A stretch of 64,000 nt of DNA from Eledone cirrhosa (GCA_964016885.1 OZ024740.1:180916001-180980000); one strand, 5' to 3'; positions 1 to 13,101 are shown, numbered from the stretch's first letter. Numbers and translations are program-made. Notes: generated by a model from the letters alone, not told the origin.

Positions 1-2384
1 ATATTGCTTAAGGATGTGAAAATGATTGTATTTTTATAGAGAAGATGTATAATATTATGTATAATCTATTATTGTATTAGGTTAGAAATAAAAATTTAAA
101 AATTTTATTATTTATGTAAAGTTTGAATATCTCGTAGAGGTAAAATGTAAACAAGCTTTTATCAAAGGAAAAGATAACTCTAATGTTTTAATTTAAAGAG
201 TTTCCGTTATCTGAAGATAGATAGTTTGATCTAATGTTTAACCTAATGATTAATTATGATTTATATTATAATTACAATATAAGTAAACATTTACATATGA
301 TTTCAGAGCACCATATAGTAAATATGTTCTAAGATATTAATAAAAAGATAAAATTGTCTATGTATAGATTTTGATAACAATAAGTATATCTATGTATAAA
401 TTTCATAATATTAAGTATGTGTATGTATAAATTAAAAAACTTATAAAAACCTTTAGAAAAAGCTTCAAAATCTTTAAAAAACCCTTTATAAACACCTTTA
501 ACAACACATTTAACAACACCTTTAAAAATACCTTTAAAAACAACCCAAGATATATATATTGTACCTAGGCAACTTATAAAGGCCATGTGCAGTATTTTCT
601 ATGAATTATAAATATTTTTAAATATTCTGTAAAATCGATGCAAGCAAGAATTAAATATTTCCCTTTTTTTGTTAATAATATTACAAGGATTAGTAATTAT
701 ATGAAAGATTTCTTGAATACAGAGATGACAAATTCTTGAACAAGTCATATTCTGGTAAACAGGTGCTTTCGATATCCTTCGCTAAGAGATCGAATAGTCA
801 GTATTATTGTCTTTTAAAGACCAAATTAAATGTGACTGAGGTTGAGAATTTTTTGTCCGATCATATAATGTATGTTTATGATTATACCAAGTGTACTTAA
901 ATTTTGTAGAAGTAGCCCCTATATAATTATATAATCTATCTCTAGTTTTTATGGTGCATCTGTATACTAAATTTGTATCTAGGCAATTATTCTGTAGAGG
1001 GCAAGATATTTTATTTCTGCAATTACATTTTCTAAAATTGTTGTTTAGAGAAACGGTATGATTAGTATGGCAGTATCGATAGAGGGTTGGACGCCATGCT
1101 TTCTAGCATAGTTACGTTCCTTTACGGTGTGAGTTCAAATCCCGTCGAGGTTAACTTTGCCTTTCATCCTTACGGGGTCGATATAATAAAGTACAGTAAT
1201 GTACTGGGTAATTGCTTGCCTTGTGCCTAATGTAGAAACAATTATTATATGTAATGTTGTTATTGCTATTCGTATTTAATTGGGTTGAATTTGATTTTAA
1301 ATTCCTATTATTAATTCTATTAATATTTTGGGCTATATCCATCGTAGAAGAGTTTGATTGCATGTCTGTTAAACATAGAATTATATTTATGGGAGTTAGG
1401 AAAACATTTATCTAGAGCCTTAAAAAATTGGTAGTGCTAAAGGTGTCTTAATTCCTAAAGAAATTGGAGGAGAATACTGGATAATATATCTAGTTCTAGC
1501 TTTTTTGTTTGATTTATTATTTTGGTTAATTTGTTTATTATTAATATTATATTAAATTTTAGGAGGTTGGTGTATAGTATTCTTATCTACGTAGTTAATT
1601 TTATTATTGCATCCGGCTCTGTGTAGAGCGTCGTTGTAATATTCTGCTTTGTTATCAAATATATTTTTATTAGCTGAAATTCTAGATATTCTTTGTTGGA
1701 CACTATTAACTATAGCTTTTTTAATATTTCTAGGGTGGTTACAGTAGAAGCTGACGTAGTTTAGATTTTCATTAATCTTATGAAACGGGTAATATAGGTT
1801 TAATGTAACGTCTAAATATATGTAATGTAACGGTAAATATAGGTTTAATGTAACGTCTAAGAAATTAACAATTTTATTATCATATTCTACGTCAAATTTA
1901 AGGTCATAATTATTAAAAAAACTATGATAATTTTCTTTTTTATGCTGATTTTACTATTGTTATGTTTATCAACTATAAATAACGCATCATCGAGATATAA
2001 ACCTCCGGCAATCTCCGGCAGTTTCCTATGTAGTGCATTAAGAATGAATATTCCAACCAAGTCTGTTATCTGAGATGAATCAGACGAGCCCATTATGTTA
2101 TCGAAATTGTTCTGTCTATCAGCTCTAGTCTAGCGATCATTGTTAAATTCAATAACATTTTTGCGTGCAGTTAAAATAATGTTTATTTCTTCGCTAGATA
2201 ATTCAGTATATTTTGATGGGTAAACAAGTGCTTTATTTAGTAAATTAGGAGTTATTGAAGAATTTAGTTAGCAATATCCATTTGTATAAATTTTGTGTTA
2301 TTTTTAGATTTAATGTCTACGAATCAATCTATCACTTCATTTGTACCGTTCGAAAGTTTGAGATATGATTTAAACAATTTAGAT
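1..2384 (-). mobile_element. Penelope-like element, Naiad-type family A, 5'-truncated and degenerate (RT + GIY-YIG + AT-rich 3' UTR running off the window start)
   Basis: Minus ORF 1887-2093 MGSSDSSQITDLVGIF...GLYLDD (RT core); CNC..CPL linker near 990-1030; GIY-YIG region 650-960; collinear with the copy at 44.8-47.06 kb; many stops and frameshifts. Confidence 0.9.
1068..1246 (+). mobile_element. tRNA-derived SINE inserted into the PLE linker
   Basis: A-box tggcagtatcg, B-box gagttcaaatccc, core gcctttcatcctt..ggtcgat, tail agaaacaattatt; absent from the homologous site near 45800. Confidence 0.92.
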
Positions 2385-2750
2385 AATTATTTAATATATA
2401 TCTAGCCTCTAAACTTAACGGTCCTTTTCAGTTTTAACGTTATCCTCATTAGCATATTTATCCTGAGTTTTGAATATTTATTCACTATCCACATTGAACT
2501 CATAACATTAACTTCATATGTCGATATGTCACTATCTTTATACCAAATATTGTATTTTGTCTGACGAAAATGTACCAAAATACTGGTACCCTTGAAATAT
2601 GTATAATAAAATAAATATGGTTTTATAAAGATATTTTCCATCTATTAAAATTATTGATATTATACTCCAGAAGAAACTGTTGAGTGCTTCTAATCTGTTA
2701 TAAATTAACTTTGTTGAATAATCAACAAAACAAATACTTCATTGTTTATA
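2385..2750 (+). mobile_element. Inverted pLTR of family A at the 5' truncation point, ending in (TA)n
   Basis: Matches 47630-47900 (+), 43330-43610 (rc) and 30680-30883; opposite strand to the RT. Confidence 0.85.
2554..2612 (+). ncRNA. Minimal type I hammerhead ribozyme (family A), slightly decayed
   Basis: attttgt-CTGACGA-aaatgtacca/tggtaccctt-GAAA-tatgtat-A-ataaaat. Confidence 0.75.
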
Positions 2751-3573
2751 TATATATATATGTATATTATATATTATAAAACATATTGTTTTTTATTGTC
2801 AAGACGGAGCGAGAATGTATTTGAATCGATATAAAAATGAGAACGCTGATCGCTAAAGTAGCCCTTAAAACAGACAAATGTTGTAAAAGACAGTGATGTG
2901 CAAACATGCTTGAAAAGACAGAGACGAGTGGGAAATGGTCAACTGAGAGAAAAGCAACAACGTGGGTGACAGGAAGATTAAATATCAAGAAGAGTGAAAA
3001 AGTAGGAGAACAGGAAGTGTTAATTTTCTCTCTATTTACAAGTATGTTTTTTCTAGATTTCAAGCATCGCAACTAATTTTGAAAGCTATAATAACAATAC
3101 TAAATGATCTTGGTACTGAAATAACACTATTCAATTGTTATGGGGTTAAAAGAAGTATGTCCAACATTTTAAATATGTGAGTATAGACCAAAGATGTGTC
3201 TGTTGAATTTGGAATTTGATATGTATGAAGAATGTATACGCCAATAATATTGCAAACATGAACACTGCCATAGGATATCGTGGTGACCTCAAAATAATCA
3301 TGTGTGTCAGTTGTTTTTACTTAAGTTGTACCGTTACTACATAGGAGTGTTCCACCGCCAAAGTGAAATTTAACATTAATTCAATTAAGTACCCCTCTCG
3401 GAGTTATGGACTTGGGCCAATTCGAAAGTGACCTTTCTTATGTCTTACGTTGGGCCCTAATTGACGCTATTTAAATTCCTAAATCCTACACGAAACAGTA
3501 AATCTCATTACAAAAAATGCAAATAATATGCAGCAAGGTAAATAACGATCTATCCCCATAAAAAAGTTTTACA

Positions 3574-3648
<75 letters not shown>

Positions 3649-3653
<5 letters not shown>

Positions 3654-3777
3654 TGCGAATCCAGAGTCATGTTCGATCCAACAACAGATCTCAACTCGAG
3701 CTGTTCGGCGGAGAAACAATGGTAATACGTAATAAATTGAGTTCCGATGCATCACTGATTCTTCGTTTTCCACTATA

Positions 3778-3846
<69 letters not shown>

Positions 3847-4327
3847 TGGAAATAAGGTGTCTGAAAATCTAATTCTTTCCATTGGAAATTCTCTGGATTT
3901 CCAATCTTTGGATTGGTGAAACCGTCGGTAATAGCAGCAGAGAAGGTGATTATTTAAATCGTGTTTTTATTTATTTAAATAATTGTTTTATAATTGCTTG
4001 CTCCGCTCATTTATATATATATATAAATGAGCGAAGCAAGCAATTATCAAACAATTCTTTATATAAATAAAAAAACGATTTAAATAATCACCTCTCTGTT
4101 GCTATTACCGACGGTTTCACCAATCCAAAGATTGGAAATTCAGAGAATTTCCAATGGAAAGAATTATATTTTCAGACAGCTTATTTCCATACTATATATC
4201 TATAATGGAAAACGAAGAATCAGTGATGCATCGGAACTCAATTTATTACGTATTACAATTGTTTCTCCGCCGAACAGCTCGAGGTGAGATCTGTTGTTGG
4301 ATTGAACGTGACTCTGGATTCGCAAGT
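3649..4327. repeat. Compound palindrome centred on (TA)n at ~4018
   Basis: 3649-3772 is the rc of 4206-4328; 3841-4010 is the rc of 4027-4195; the arms are slightly diverged. Confidence 0.93.
3856..3935 (+). ncRNA. Hammerhead-like motif with long stem II and U.U base (G8 changed to A)
   Basis: ggtgt-CTGAAAA-t-ctaattc..attggaaa/tttccaat..ggattgg-t-GAAA-ccgtcggt-A-atagc; mirror copy at 4101-4180 (-) has stem I gctgt/atagc. Confidence 0.7.
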
Positions 4328-4460
4328 TCCTCTGATATGTCTAATGTTTTCGAAGCAAATTCTCCGAACTTTTGAGTCCATATCATCAGCCTTCATCCTG
4401 TTTACGCGTCCGGAGATTGGTCAATTGTTTGTGACGTCAACATAGTTCTTGACCACTGAA
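4205..4460 (-). mobile_element. pLTR fragment related to the 5' pLTR of the Naiad at 59.6 kb, with a decayed HHR
   Basis: rc aligns to 59610-59872; acatat-cagagga...GAAA-caattgt-A-atacgt-aataaa. Confidence 0.8.
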
Positions 4461-4753
4461 ATTTGCCCACTGGCCATCTCCATTCAGGCGTGAGCGATCA
4501 CTCACCCCAATCCCATCAGCAAAATTACTGCTGTTTAGTATGATCTTTATTATTTCGTCTGCCAGTCCTTCGCTTGGCAGCGTCCCCATACATATACATC
4601 CACACGCACATGTGCGCACACCGATATAGATACATTCCAAGCCATTAATCGTACGTTTATATGTTTGGACCCACACAATATATATATATATATATATATT
4701 TCGTTTCTGAAATTGTTTAGCAAGATTCTTTATCTGAAAACGTCCGTTGAAAC

Positions 4754-5157
4754 CGATATTGTTATGCTTTGGGTGGGTCATGTTGCCAATAAGAAACACA
4801 CGCACCAGTGGCTTTCACTTCAATTTATTATAAATTAAATTTATAAATTTAAGAATTTATAAATTTCCGGTTCGTTGGTTGGTTCCACAACCAGACGATT
4901 GTTCATATATTGTCAAAGTTATTTCGCCACACATTCTGTGACCCCTTCAGTGACTGGGGATTATTTCCTTTGTTTTTGTGCCTCTCGTTTGTTCTGTCCT
5001 ACGCCATCTTGTTTTTTCAAGATGGCGTAGGACTGAACAAAGGAGAGGCAAAGGAGAGTCAAAGGAGAGGCAATTTAATTTATAATAAATTGAAGTGAAA
5101 GCATCTGGTGCGTGTGTTTCTTATTGGCAACATGACCCTCCCAAATCATAACAATAT
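4754..5157. repeat. ~88-bp inverted repeat pair flanking a PLE-like internal segment, bounded by (TA)n
   Basis: 4754-4841 is the rc of 5072-5157. Confidence 0.9.
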
Positions 5158-5172
5158 ACATATATATATATA

Positions 5173-6148
5173 TAGAAAGGATGAATATAAAATGAAAGTG
5201 CTTTTTTTAAAAAAGGAATTTATTAGGTATTGACATATGTTTCTGTAACAGACTGAATACCTATGTATCGCTGCTTGCGTAATCATATAATGTTAGCAAG
5301 TATTCGATAGCAAATGTATAATCAGTTGTCACTTCTTCAGAGATTTTGGATAAATTGGATAAAATCAGAAAAATTGAAGTATTTATATTAGTAATAGAGG
5401 AAGAAACAGAGGGGATAGTATATGACAGATGGTAAATTAATTTACTGCTAAACAAGTATATAATGGGTTTCTAATGAGAATACCATGAGTAAATCTAAAT
5501 AAGAATTTTGGGAGTGCTAATTTTAATCTCTACTTGACCAACTGGACAGTGGACAGGGCTGGTCATTTGGTGCAGTAGTATTGATTATAAAGTGTCAATT
5601 GGGGAAGGGGGAGATTTCGATTGCTACTAAATAACATCAATGCTAGTAGCCAGCTGCATATACCAGCTGGCTACTAGCATTGATGTTATTTAGTAGCAAT
5701 CGAAATCTCCCCCTTCCCCAATTGACACTTTATAATCAATACTACTGCACCAAATGACCAGCCCTGTCCACTGTCCAGTTGGTCAAGTAGAGATTAAAAT
5801 TGGCACTCCCAAAATTCTTATTTAGATTTACTCATGGTATTCTCATTAGAAACCCATTATATACTTGTTTAGCAGTAAATTAATTTACCATCTGTCATAT
5901 ACTATCCCCTCTGTTTCTTCCTCTATTACTAATATAAATACTTCAATTTTTCTGATTTTATCCAATTTATCCATAATCTCTGAAGAAGTGACAACTGATT
6001 ATACATTTGCTATCGAATACTTGCTAACATTATATGATTACGCAAGCAGCGATACATAGGTATTCAGTCTGTTACAGAAACATATGTCAATACCTAATAA
6101 ATTCCTTTTTTTAAAAAAAGCACTTTCATTTTATATTCATCCTTTCTA
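5173..6148. repeat. Near-perfect palindrome with ~484-bp arms and a 7-nt loop (catatac)
   Basis: 5173-5656 vs 5664-6148; about 2 substitutions and 1 indel seen; mirrored 64-aa ORFs in the track. Confidence 0.97.
5980..6088 (+). ncRNA. Hammerhead core with ~90-nt stem II, A.A base and palindromic stem III; stem I not evident
   Basis: CTGAAGA-a-gtgaca..tgttac-a-GAAA-catatgt-C, then AATAAA at 6096; mirror at 5232-5340 (-). Confidence 0.72.
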
Positions 6149-6311
6149 CATTTTCTCCGGAATATAATTTATACTCGTTGAGCAAACCTGCACGTACGCT
6201 GTTCATCTCTAACGTAACGATATATTATCACTACATTATTGATAACCTGAAATTTTTTTTATATATATATATATATAGTTAAAAGAATAGAGGTGTAACA
6301 CACAATATATT

Positions 6312-6951
6312 ATATATTGGTAAACGGAATAGAAAATGCTGACAAATTGTTCACAGTTGAAAAATGGTTTAATTATAAATTTAAAATACGGGAATACAGG
6401 AAAATACTACTGAGTGAACACATTGATACCTGTGCCGCCCAAAATCATCCCAACTTCAGAATCTTTCCCCTCTACAAATTTAAAGATAATGCCACCCACA
6501 CCCAGCGCATCAGCAAGGAATCTTACTTCATTAACAAATACGGACCCCGTCTAAACACTTCTCCCTAAGACGAACCCACAACATACACACGTCAACATAC
6601 ATACCTACATCAGCACACATCTCTACCCACATATAAACACAATGACACACGTAAACACACATGCTCTATGGTGCAATACAAAAAAATATATGTGCATATA
6701 TATGTATGTATATATGTATATATATATATATATGTAGTGAATATATGTATGTGTATATATATATAGTGAATATCATTTCACACCTTTTATTGTTAAGATT
6801 TTTGATGTTCTATTAAGAGAACCGATTTTACTGAAAAAATCGAATAATGTACACCATTTTACCAGGGGGAAAAAATACTGGTCCACCCACACACACACAC
6901 ACATATATACACAAACACATACACACGCGTACATCAACATACAAAGAGACT

Positions 6952-6988
<37 letters not shown>

Positions 6989-7086
6989 TTCTCCGTATAA
7001 GACAAAAGCTGAAAAATATCTTTTGACATGCTAAAATCCCCCCCATTGCTTTCAGACACATTCTTACTGACCATCGAATTACTCTG

Positions 7087-7122
<36 letters not shown>

Positions 7123-7210
7123 ATCTTAATAGCCATTTGACACACATCGCTGCTGGCCATTATCGCAGCATCGAACACCTTACTACTACTACTACACACA
7201 CACACACACA

Positions 7211-7281
<71 letters not shown>

Positions 7282-7760
7282 ACACACACACATATTGGTT
7301 GTGAAAGAGTCATTTCTCAATCTTGGCGCAAAACCGATTTTTATCCACATGACCTCTACCGACCAATCAAAATTGTTTTGACCAAGAATTTTTGCTGGAG
7401 CCACTTTTGTAACATAAAAACAGTCTTGGCGTAAAATCAACTTTTTACAACTTTACCGACCAATCAAAATTGTTTTGACCACAAGCATTTTTGCAACACA
7501 AAAATAACGCTGGAGCCACTTTTTTAACATAAAAACAGGTAGAATTCCCAAAACTAATCAGATCAGAGCAAACAGCACGGACACTCTATCTCAAAATTAT
7601 TTTTGAAAAGCATTTAGAAATGCGCAACCGGTAAAAACTTAAAAACTTAAAACCACAACTGAATACTAACCCATACAATCACTAATACTCTTTTATTCCT
7701 AATTAAACCATTTTTCAACCGTGAACAATTTGTCAGCATTTTCTATTCCGTTTACCAATA
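6312..7760 (+). mobile_element. 5'-truncated PLE (GIY-YIG C-terminus + 3' UTR) with an inverted terminal duplication
   Basis: 6375-6568 KIREYRKILLSEHIDTC..KESYFINKYGPRLN, homologous to 53930-54110; 6312-6373 is the rc of 7701-7760; interrupted by (CA)n. Confidence 0.82.
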
Positions 7761-7841
7761 TATATATATATATATATATACATATATACATACACAATCA
7801 CACATATATACATATACACACACACACATAAACTCACACAC

Positions 7842-7888
<47 letters not shown>

Positions 7889-7904
7889 CACACACATGAA
7901 ATAT

Positions 7905-8420
7905 GACGATACATTAACGGAGCCATAGACTCCCGCTATTCCCTGTCATTAGTGTACTCAGCCCTTTATAATACAATATCTAGAAAATATAACACACCAG
8001 AGAGAGATAGTGCGCCATCTGTCAAACAGGGAAAAACCACCAGTGTTTGGAATCTATAGCCCATGGAAGGCAAAGTAGACACACACTAATTAAAAGTATA
8101 AATCAACGTACAAATACGTACCTTGATAACTATCTAATTTATCGTGATATTTCGCTCCTTATAACAGTCTCTCTCCTCTCTGTGACTTTTAATTATTGTC
8201 TGTCTACTTTGCCTTCCATGGGCTATAGGTTCCATACACTGGTGGTTTTTCCCTATTTGACTGATGGCGCACTATCTCTCTCTCTGGTGTGTTATCTTTT
8301 CTACATATTGTATTATAAAGGGCTCGGGATTCCTTCTCCTTTGAGCACATTAATGACAGGGAATAGCGAGAGAATATGGCTCCGTTAATTTATCGTGATA
8401 TTTCGCTCCTTATAACATTC
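7905..8420. repeat. Inverted plus direct repeat of a ~250-bp non-coding PLE-associated unit
   Basis: 7905-8097 is the rc of 8185-8394; aatttatcgtgatatttcgctccttataaca at 8136 and 8387; another piece at 30931-31020. Confidence 0.88.
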
Positions 8421-8609
8421 TCTCCTCTTTCTCTGTTTGGTTGAGCACACATATCTGAGTGGTTTGGGCTGCCCTTTCTAGGAGCTCGTCCCTCAGAATC
8501 CACTGGTAGCTGCCCCAGGCACGCTGGGAATTTCTCTCTACCACGTGTGGCTGGACGGTCGCTTTAGATTATTTTAGTGTTGTTTGAAACGTTTTAGTGT
8601 TGCTTTACA

Positions 8610-8673
8610 CACGCTGATGAACCATAGGCTAATCATTTCTCTCAACAAATTAGTTGGTGAAACAGATCCTGTT
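8610..8673 (+). ncRNA. Hammerhead core with the 3' strand of stem I replaced
   Basis: CTGATGA-acca..gctaat/attagt..tggt-GAAA-cag-atc-ctgt. Confidence 0.62.
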
Positions 8674-8949
8674 AATTTATCGTGATATATATATATATAT
8701 ATACGCATACACATACCTATGCACAAACATATATATTTATATATATATATGTAGATATGTGTGTGCGTGCGCGTACAATCACACATCGGCACATACGTGC
8801 TCGTACCTTTACATGCGCATACACACATATACATACAATTGTAAATGTATACCCACACACACACACATTTATGCACTCACACCCAGATAAACTTGCGCAC
8901 GCGCACGTACGCACATATATGAATATAAACTGTATAAACATATTTAGAA

Positions 8950-11010
8950 GGTGCATGCAGCAAGCATATGGTGCTAACGTGGATTAATCAACATATAGAA
9001 AACTTTTAAAAAATTACATATGGGAAGCTCATTGGAATAATGTAAAGGGTATACCCAGAACATATATAGAACATGCATACACAATATAGACAAAATATCT
9101 GTAAAAATATATAAGAAATATATAAAAATATATAAAAATATACACATTGGTTTGTACATAAAAAAATACATAAGGTGTTACATAATGGAATACGTGGAGA
9201 AGATATACACACTACTTAAAAGATATATATGTAGGGAGTGCGGGAGAACAGCTCATAATGGACGTGGGTGAAATAGAGTGCCTTATTGATATATTGTACG
9301 GGATTGATTATACCTATGGAAATTGAGCCACCGTGTCCTGGCTCCTGTGACAGTGGTGTTTAAGATGAGGTGCAGAGTCTAATGGGCAGCATTGATTGTG
9401 TCGACCTACCCTACAGGGCATACATAGTCATCAAGGTATAGTGTCGGTTCCCACGGCCCCGCACCGCCACGCCGCTTCCCCGTATGTATTTAGTTTGGGC
9501 CATCCAGTGGTGTCCGTGCGGAGAGTGTGCACCTTCTCTCGTGTCTACAGGTCATGATAATCTCCGATTTCAGGTTGACATCGTCATCCTTTAATCTCAC
9601 TATCTCCATGGCCTCGGGGATGCATAGTCTGAACTTCCCCTCAACAGCCGAATGTGCCCTGGCATGTTGAACGATACTCCAGTTGAGATCATACGGGGTG
9701 CCGGTCTCCTCAAAGTCCCATATTAGGTCCGCCAGCCTAGTGGAGTGTCTCTTGCTCTGGTCCTTGAAAGAGTTTGTGTGATTGTACATCCTCGATTTAA
9801 AGGTTGTGGATGCTGAGCCGATGTAGGTGCTCTTGGTGTTGTGCTGTTAACCACATATTTAAAGATGACACCCTTTGTTAGGCATCTTCCCTGCAGAGGG
9901 TATTGTGTGCCTACTCTGCTGTTGCATGTTCGGTCGTTATATTGCTTGTTCCTTACGCTGGGTTCTGTCGTTATTACGGCGTTCCCCCGATTCTTTGGGT
10001 GCTGCTCCATTGGTGCGTTGCGCTCCTTTCCATCATTGAGTTCTATCTGGTAGTCGAGTACTGCGTATTCCGCGGGTGTGCCGGCCACTGTGGGTACCGG
10101 GCCATAGTTGATAACCGTGTTTCCAAGTGGCCCTCCAGGCACTCCAGGATCGTCGGCCGCCTGCTGTAATTGGCGGTCGAGTCACTACAACTTCGCCGCA
10201 TTAGTTTTGGCCATATAGTCTGCCATGTTAGGTACGGCGGAGAAGGAGAACTTCACTGTTTGGTGGTTGAATATCCTGTGGTACCTGTTCGATGGCGGGA
10301 AGCAGTCGCCCAACGCTCTGAAGAAGAGGCCTGGTACATTGTTGCATACATGCTTCGAATACGGCGCGTTAAACCACGTAATATTCTTAGACCTTGTCCT
10401 ATTCCATCGTCTATGTGTAGTAGTGTGTGGTGGGTCAGGTGTCCCTCCCAGGTTGTGCCTATCCGTTAGTTCATCCTCTTGTTACCGCTATTTATATATC
10501 TACCATGTGCGTCCGGATTACTCCGTTCGCTTACTGAAATATATGGTGCTATTGCCGGGGCTATGCCTATGCTATCGATGCGCGTGTTCCCTCTATCTAG
10601 TTCCGCGTCCAGAGCTGCCTTTACTCTGTCACTAGTTCCAGTTTCCCCGTCGCATATTGTGTCTGGGTTGAGATTCTGTCTGCGTGTTCTACGTGGTCTA
10701 CGATCCGCGTGTGCCTTCGTCTGTCTTAGTTTCAGTTTTGTGACCTTGCGGTAATCTATATTTCTAGCCCTATTCCTAGATCTGTGTTCCAGGGTTTTCT
10801 ACATTTCTATGGGCCTTTCCCTGTGTGAGATGTACACTATGGTTTCTGTGTAACCGGCCTTGTGCAGTGCCGCATCATAATAATCGGCGTGCTGGTTAAA
10901 CACGTCTGCGTTAGCCGAGAGTGTGATACGCGTTTGGATACCTCTTTTACTATGCCGTGTATTACGCACTTGGTGTGTTTCGAGTGCCTGTTTACATATT
11001 GCAGGTCCTC
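8950..11010 (-). mobile_element. Naiad-type PLE family B (GC-richer), 5'-truncated and degenerate
   Basis: ORFs 9490-9789 and 9723-10142 (STRLADLIW, LCIPE, MTCRH, RTCNS..YPLQGRC); rc of 61245-63090. Confidence 0.9.
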
Positions 11011-11385
11011 AAATATATATATATATATATTGGATTTTACAGAACCTTAAATCACCAAAAACCTGCCTAAATACAAAAACAAATGTTCACCAGATGCCCA
11101 CACATGAAATCACACTTGCTTTCCAGCTCATATGAGCTGAACTCACTTTCAGACACCTTTCCTCCATATATTTTTTTACTTCCCCCTATTCTTTCACTAC
11201 CAGACATCATGTGTCACTTGTGTTTTTAACTCCAGATATTTTCCATTGTCCCACAGCCGCTTTTATGTATGTATACTTGCGCATATTTTGTCCCCATTTA
11301 TTCATACGGTTGTTTTTTTTATATATGTGTGCATGTGTGTGTATACACGTGTGTGTGTGCGGTTACGTATATGTGTTTTCACATG

Positions 11386-11416
<31 letters not shown>

Positions 11417-11932
11417 ATATATATGGTCGCGTGCGTGGGTGTGAATAGATGTGTATGTATATGTATATGTATATATGCATGTATGTATGCGTGTATATGT
11501 ATGTATGTAGGCGTGTATGTGTATGTATGCTTTTGTGGACGTGTTTTTGTCTGTATGTATATATATTTATATATATGAATGTGTGTATGTGCTTGTTCGC
11601 ATATATGCATGCATGTTATCTACTTTTTATTTATTTTTTCTTGTGATATATTACAACTCCCCCCACTTACTTTCTCTTTGCCATAATTTTTTATTTTTAT
11701 TCTTGTTATATATTATTTCATTTATTTTCATGTTTTATATTTGTATCGACCTTCCGTCTGATACTGCCTTGACTTTATACACTCCCTTCCCTGTATACAT
11801 CACATGATGTGTTTGTGCGTGTGTGTATGTTTATACGCGTGCGTCCTTTCATCCTTGTATGTGTACATATTTCAGCCCTTGGTCCCTAAGTCAGTATGTA
11901 CGTTAACTCCATTATCTTACAATTTCTATTTT

Positions 11933-11991
<59 letters not shown>

Positions 11992-11993
<2 letters not shown>

Positions 11994-12180
11994 GTGTCGA
12001 AACATAAGTCAATTGCATGAACTCATAATCCTTTATTTACTGCTATATATATTCCGATGATAGCCATTGAATGCCTATGACCTCATTGAATGGCTATGAC
12101 CTAATCAGGCAGTTAGTCAGTTCTTAGATATGCCAGCTCTGTGTTTATGGTGTTGATGGTATCAGAGCTTTGGGACATAT
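11992..12180 (-). mobile_element. pLTR with a decayed HHR (12039-12113); inverted partner of 14365-14533
   Basis: rc match; GAAA changed to GGAA, CTGATGA to CTGATTA, 19-nt duplication in stem II. Confidence 0.85.
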
Positions 12181-12931
12181 GAGCTTGTTAGGAATAATTT
12201 ACTGTTGTCAGCAGGAATAGTCTTAATTCTCATTGGTCAGGTTGTAGGTGCTAGTAGGGTTGGTATTTGACCTCAAAGAGGCAGGTTGTGTTGTAAAGTT
12301 CAAACCATCAGGCAAGATGACAATAGTTCCATATGACTGATTTTCACAAAAAGCATTCCTGGTCAGATTGAGGTCAATTGTATGAAATTCGATACTACAG
12401 GTCATTCTTAAATTGAGGAATTTATGTGGAGTGGTACTACTCAAAATTATGGATAGATTAGAATGCTAGAAAATTTACAAATAAAAAGACTTATGTAGGT
12501 TGACTTGCACATACACTCACACCCACCCCCACAGACATACACACACATCCACACATACAAATTGAGGAATTAATGCGGGGTGGTAATACTGAAAATTATG
12601 TATATATATATATGTGTGTATTTGCGTATTTGTGTGAAAATTATGTATACATATATATGTGTGTATTTGTGGTCACACATACACTAATATGTTTGTCCTC
12701 ATGTAGGTACTTACGCACACATGTTTTCACTATACACATGCAGTTGTACATAAACACACATGTACATATGTGCATATAAACACATTTACACACATCCACT
12801 TACTATATTTCTTTATTTTTTATTTTTTATACATTTCTTGTATTATTATATTATTATTTATTTTTTGGCCGTTAAAATTTTAGACTTTCTTGAGGAGATT
12901 TTTCAAATATTTCACTATGTTTTAAATTACC

Positions 12932-12997
12932 ATGTCTGACGAACGAATGCGGACGTTTCTTGTATTCGTCTTATTCGGAAAAACCTTTGGTAATGAG
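12932..12997 (+). ncRNA. Decayed hammerhead-like motif upstream of (TA)n
   Basis: CTGACGA-a-cgaatg.ggacg/cgtct.tattcg-GAAAA-acc-ttt-ggt-A; stem I poor. Confidence 0.4.
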
Positions 12998-13026
12998 ATA
13001 ATTATATTGTATTGTTTATTATACAT

Positions 13027-13101
<75 letters not shown>

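Noticed and set aside
1790-1860. Local duplications (1790-1860, 7357-7540, 16358-16397)
   Set aside because: Ordinary slippage-type duplications with no further structure
4690-4900. Two hammerhead-like remnants (ctgaaaacgtccgttgaaaccgata; rc ctggttg..ggaaatttataaatt)
   Set aside because: Cores incomplete and stem I absent; could be chance
7550-7640. cagatca..gcaaccggta as an HHR of the 6312-7760 element
   Set aside because: Needs three or more core changes; plausible by position only
8259-8275. ctgatggcgc as an HHR core in the 250-bp unit
   Set aside because: The inverted copy reads cagatggcgc, and there is no GAAA or stems
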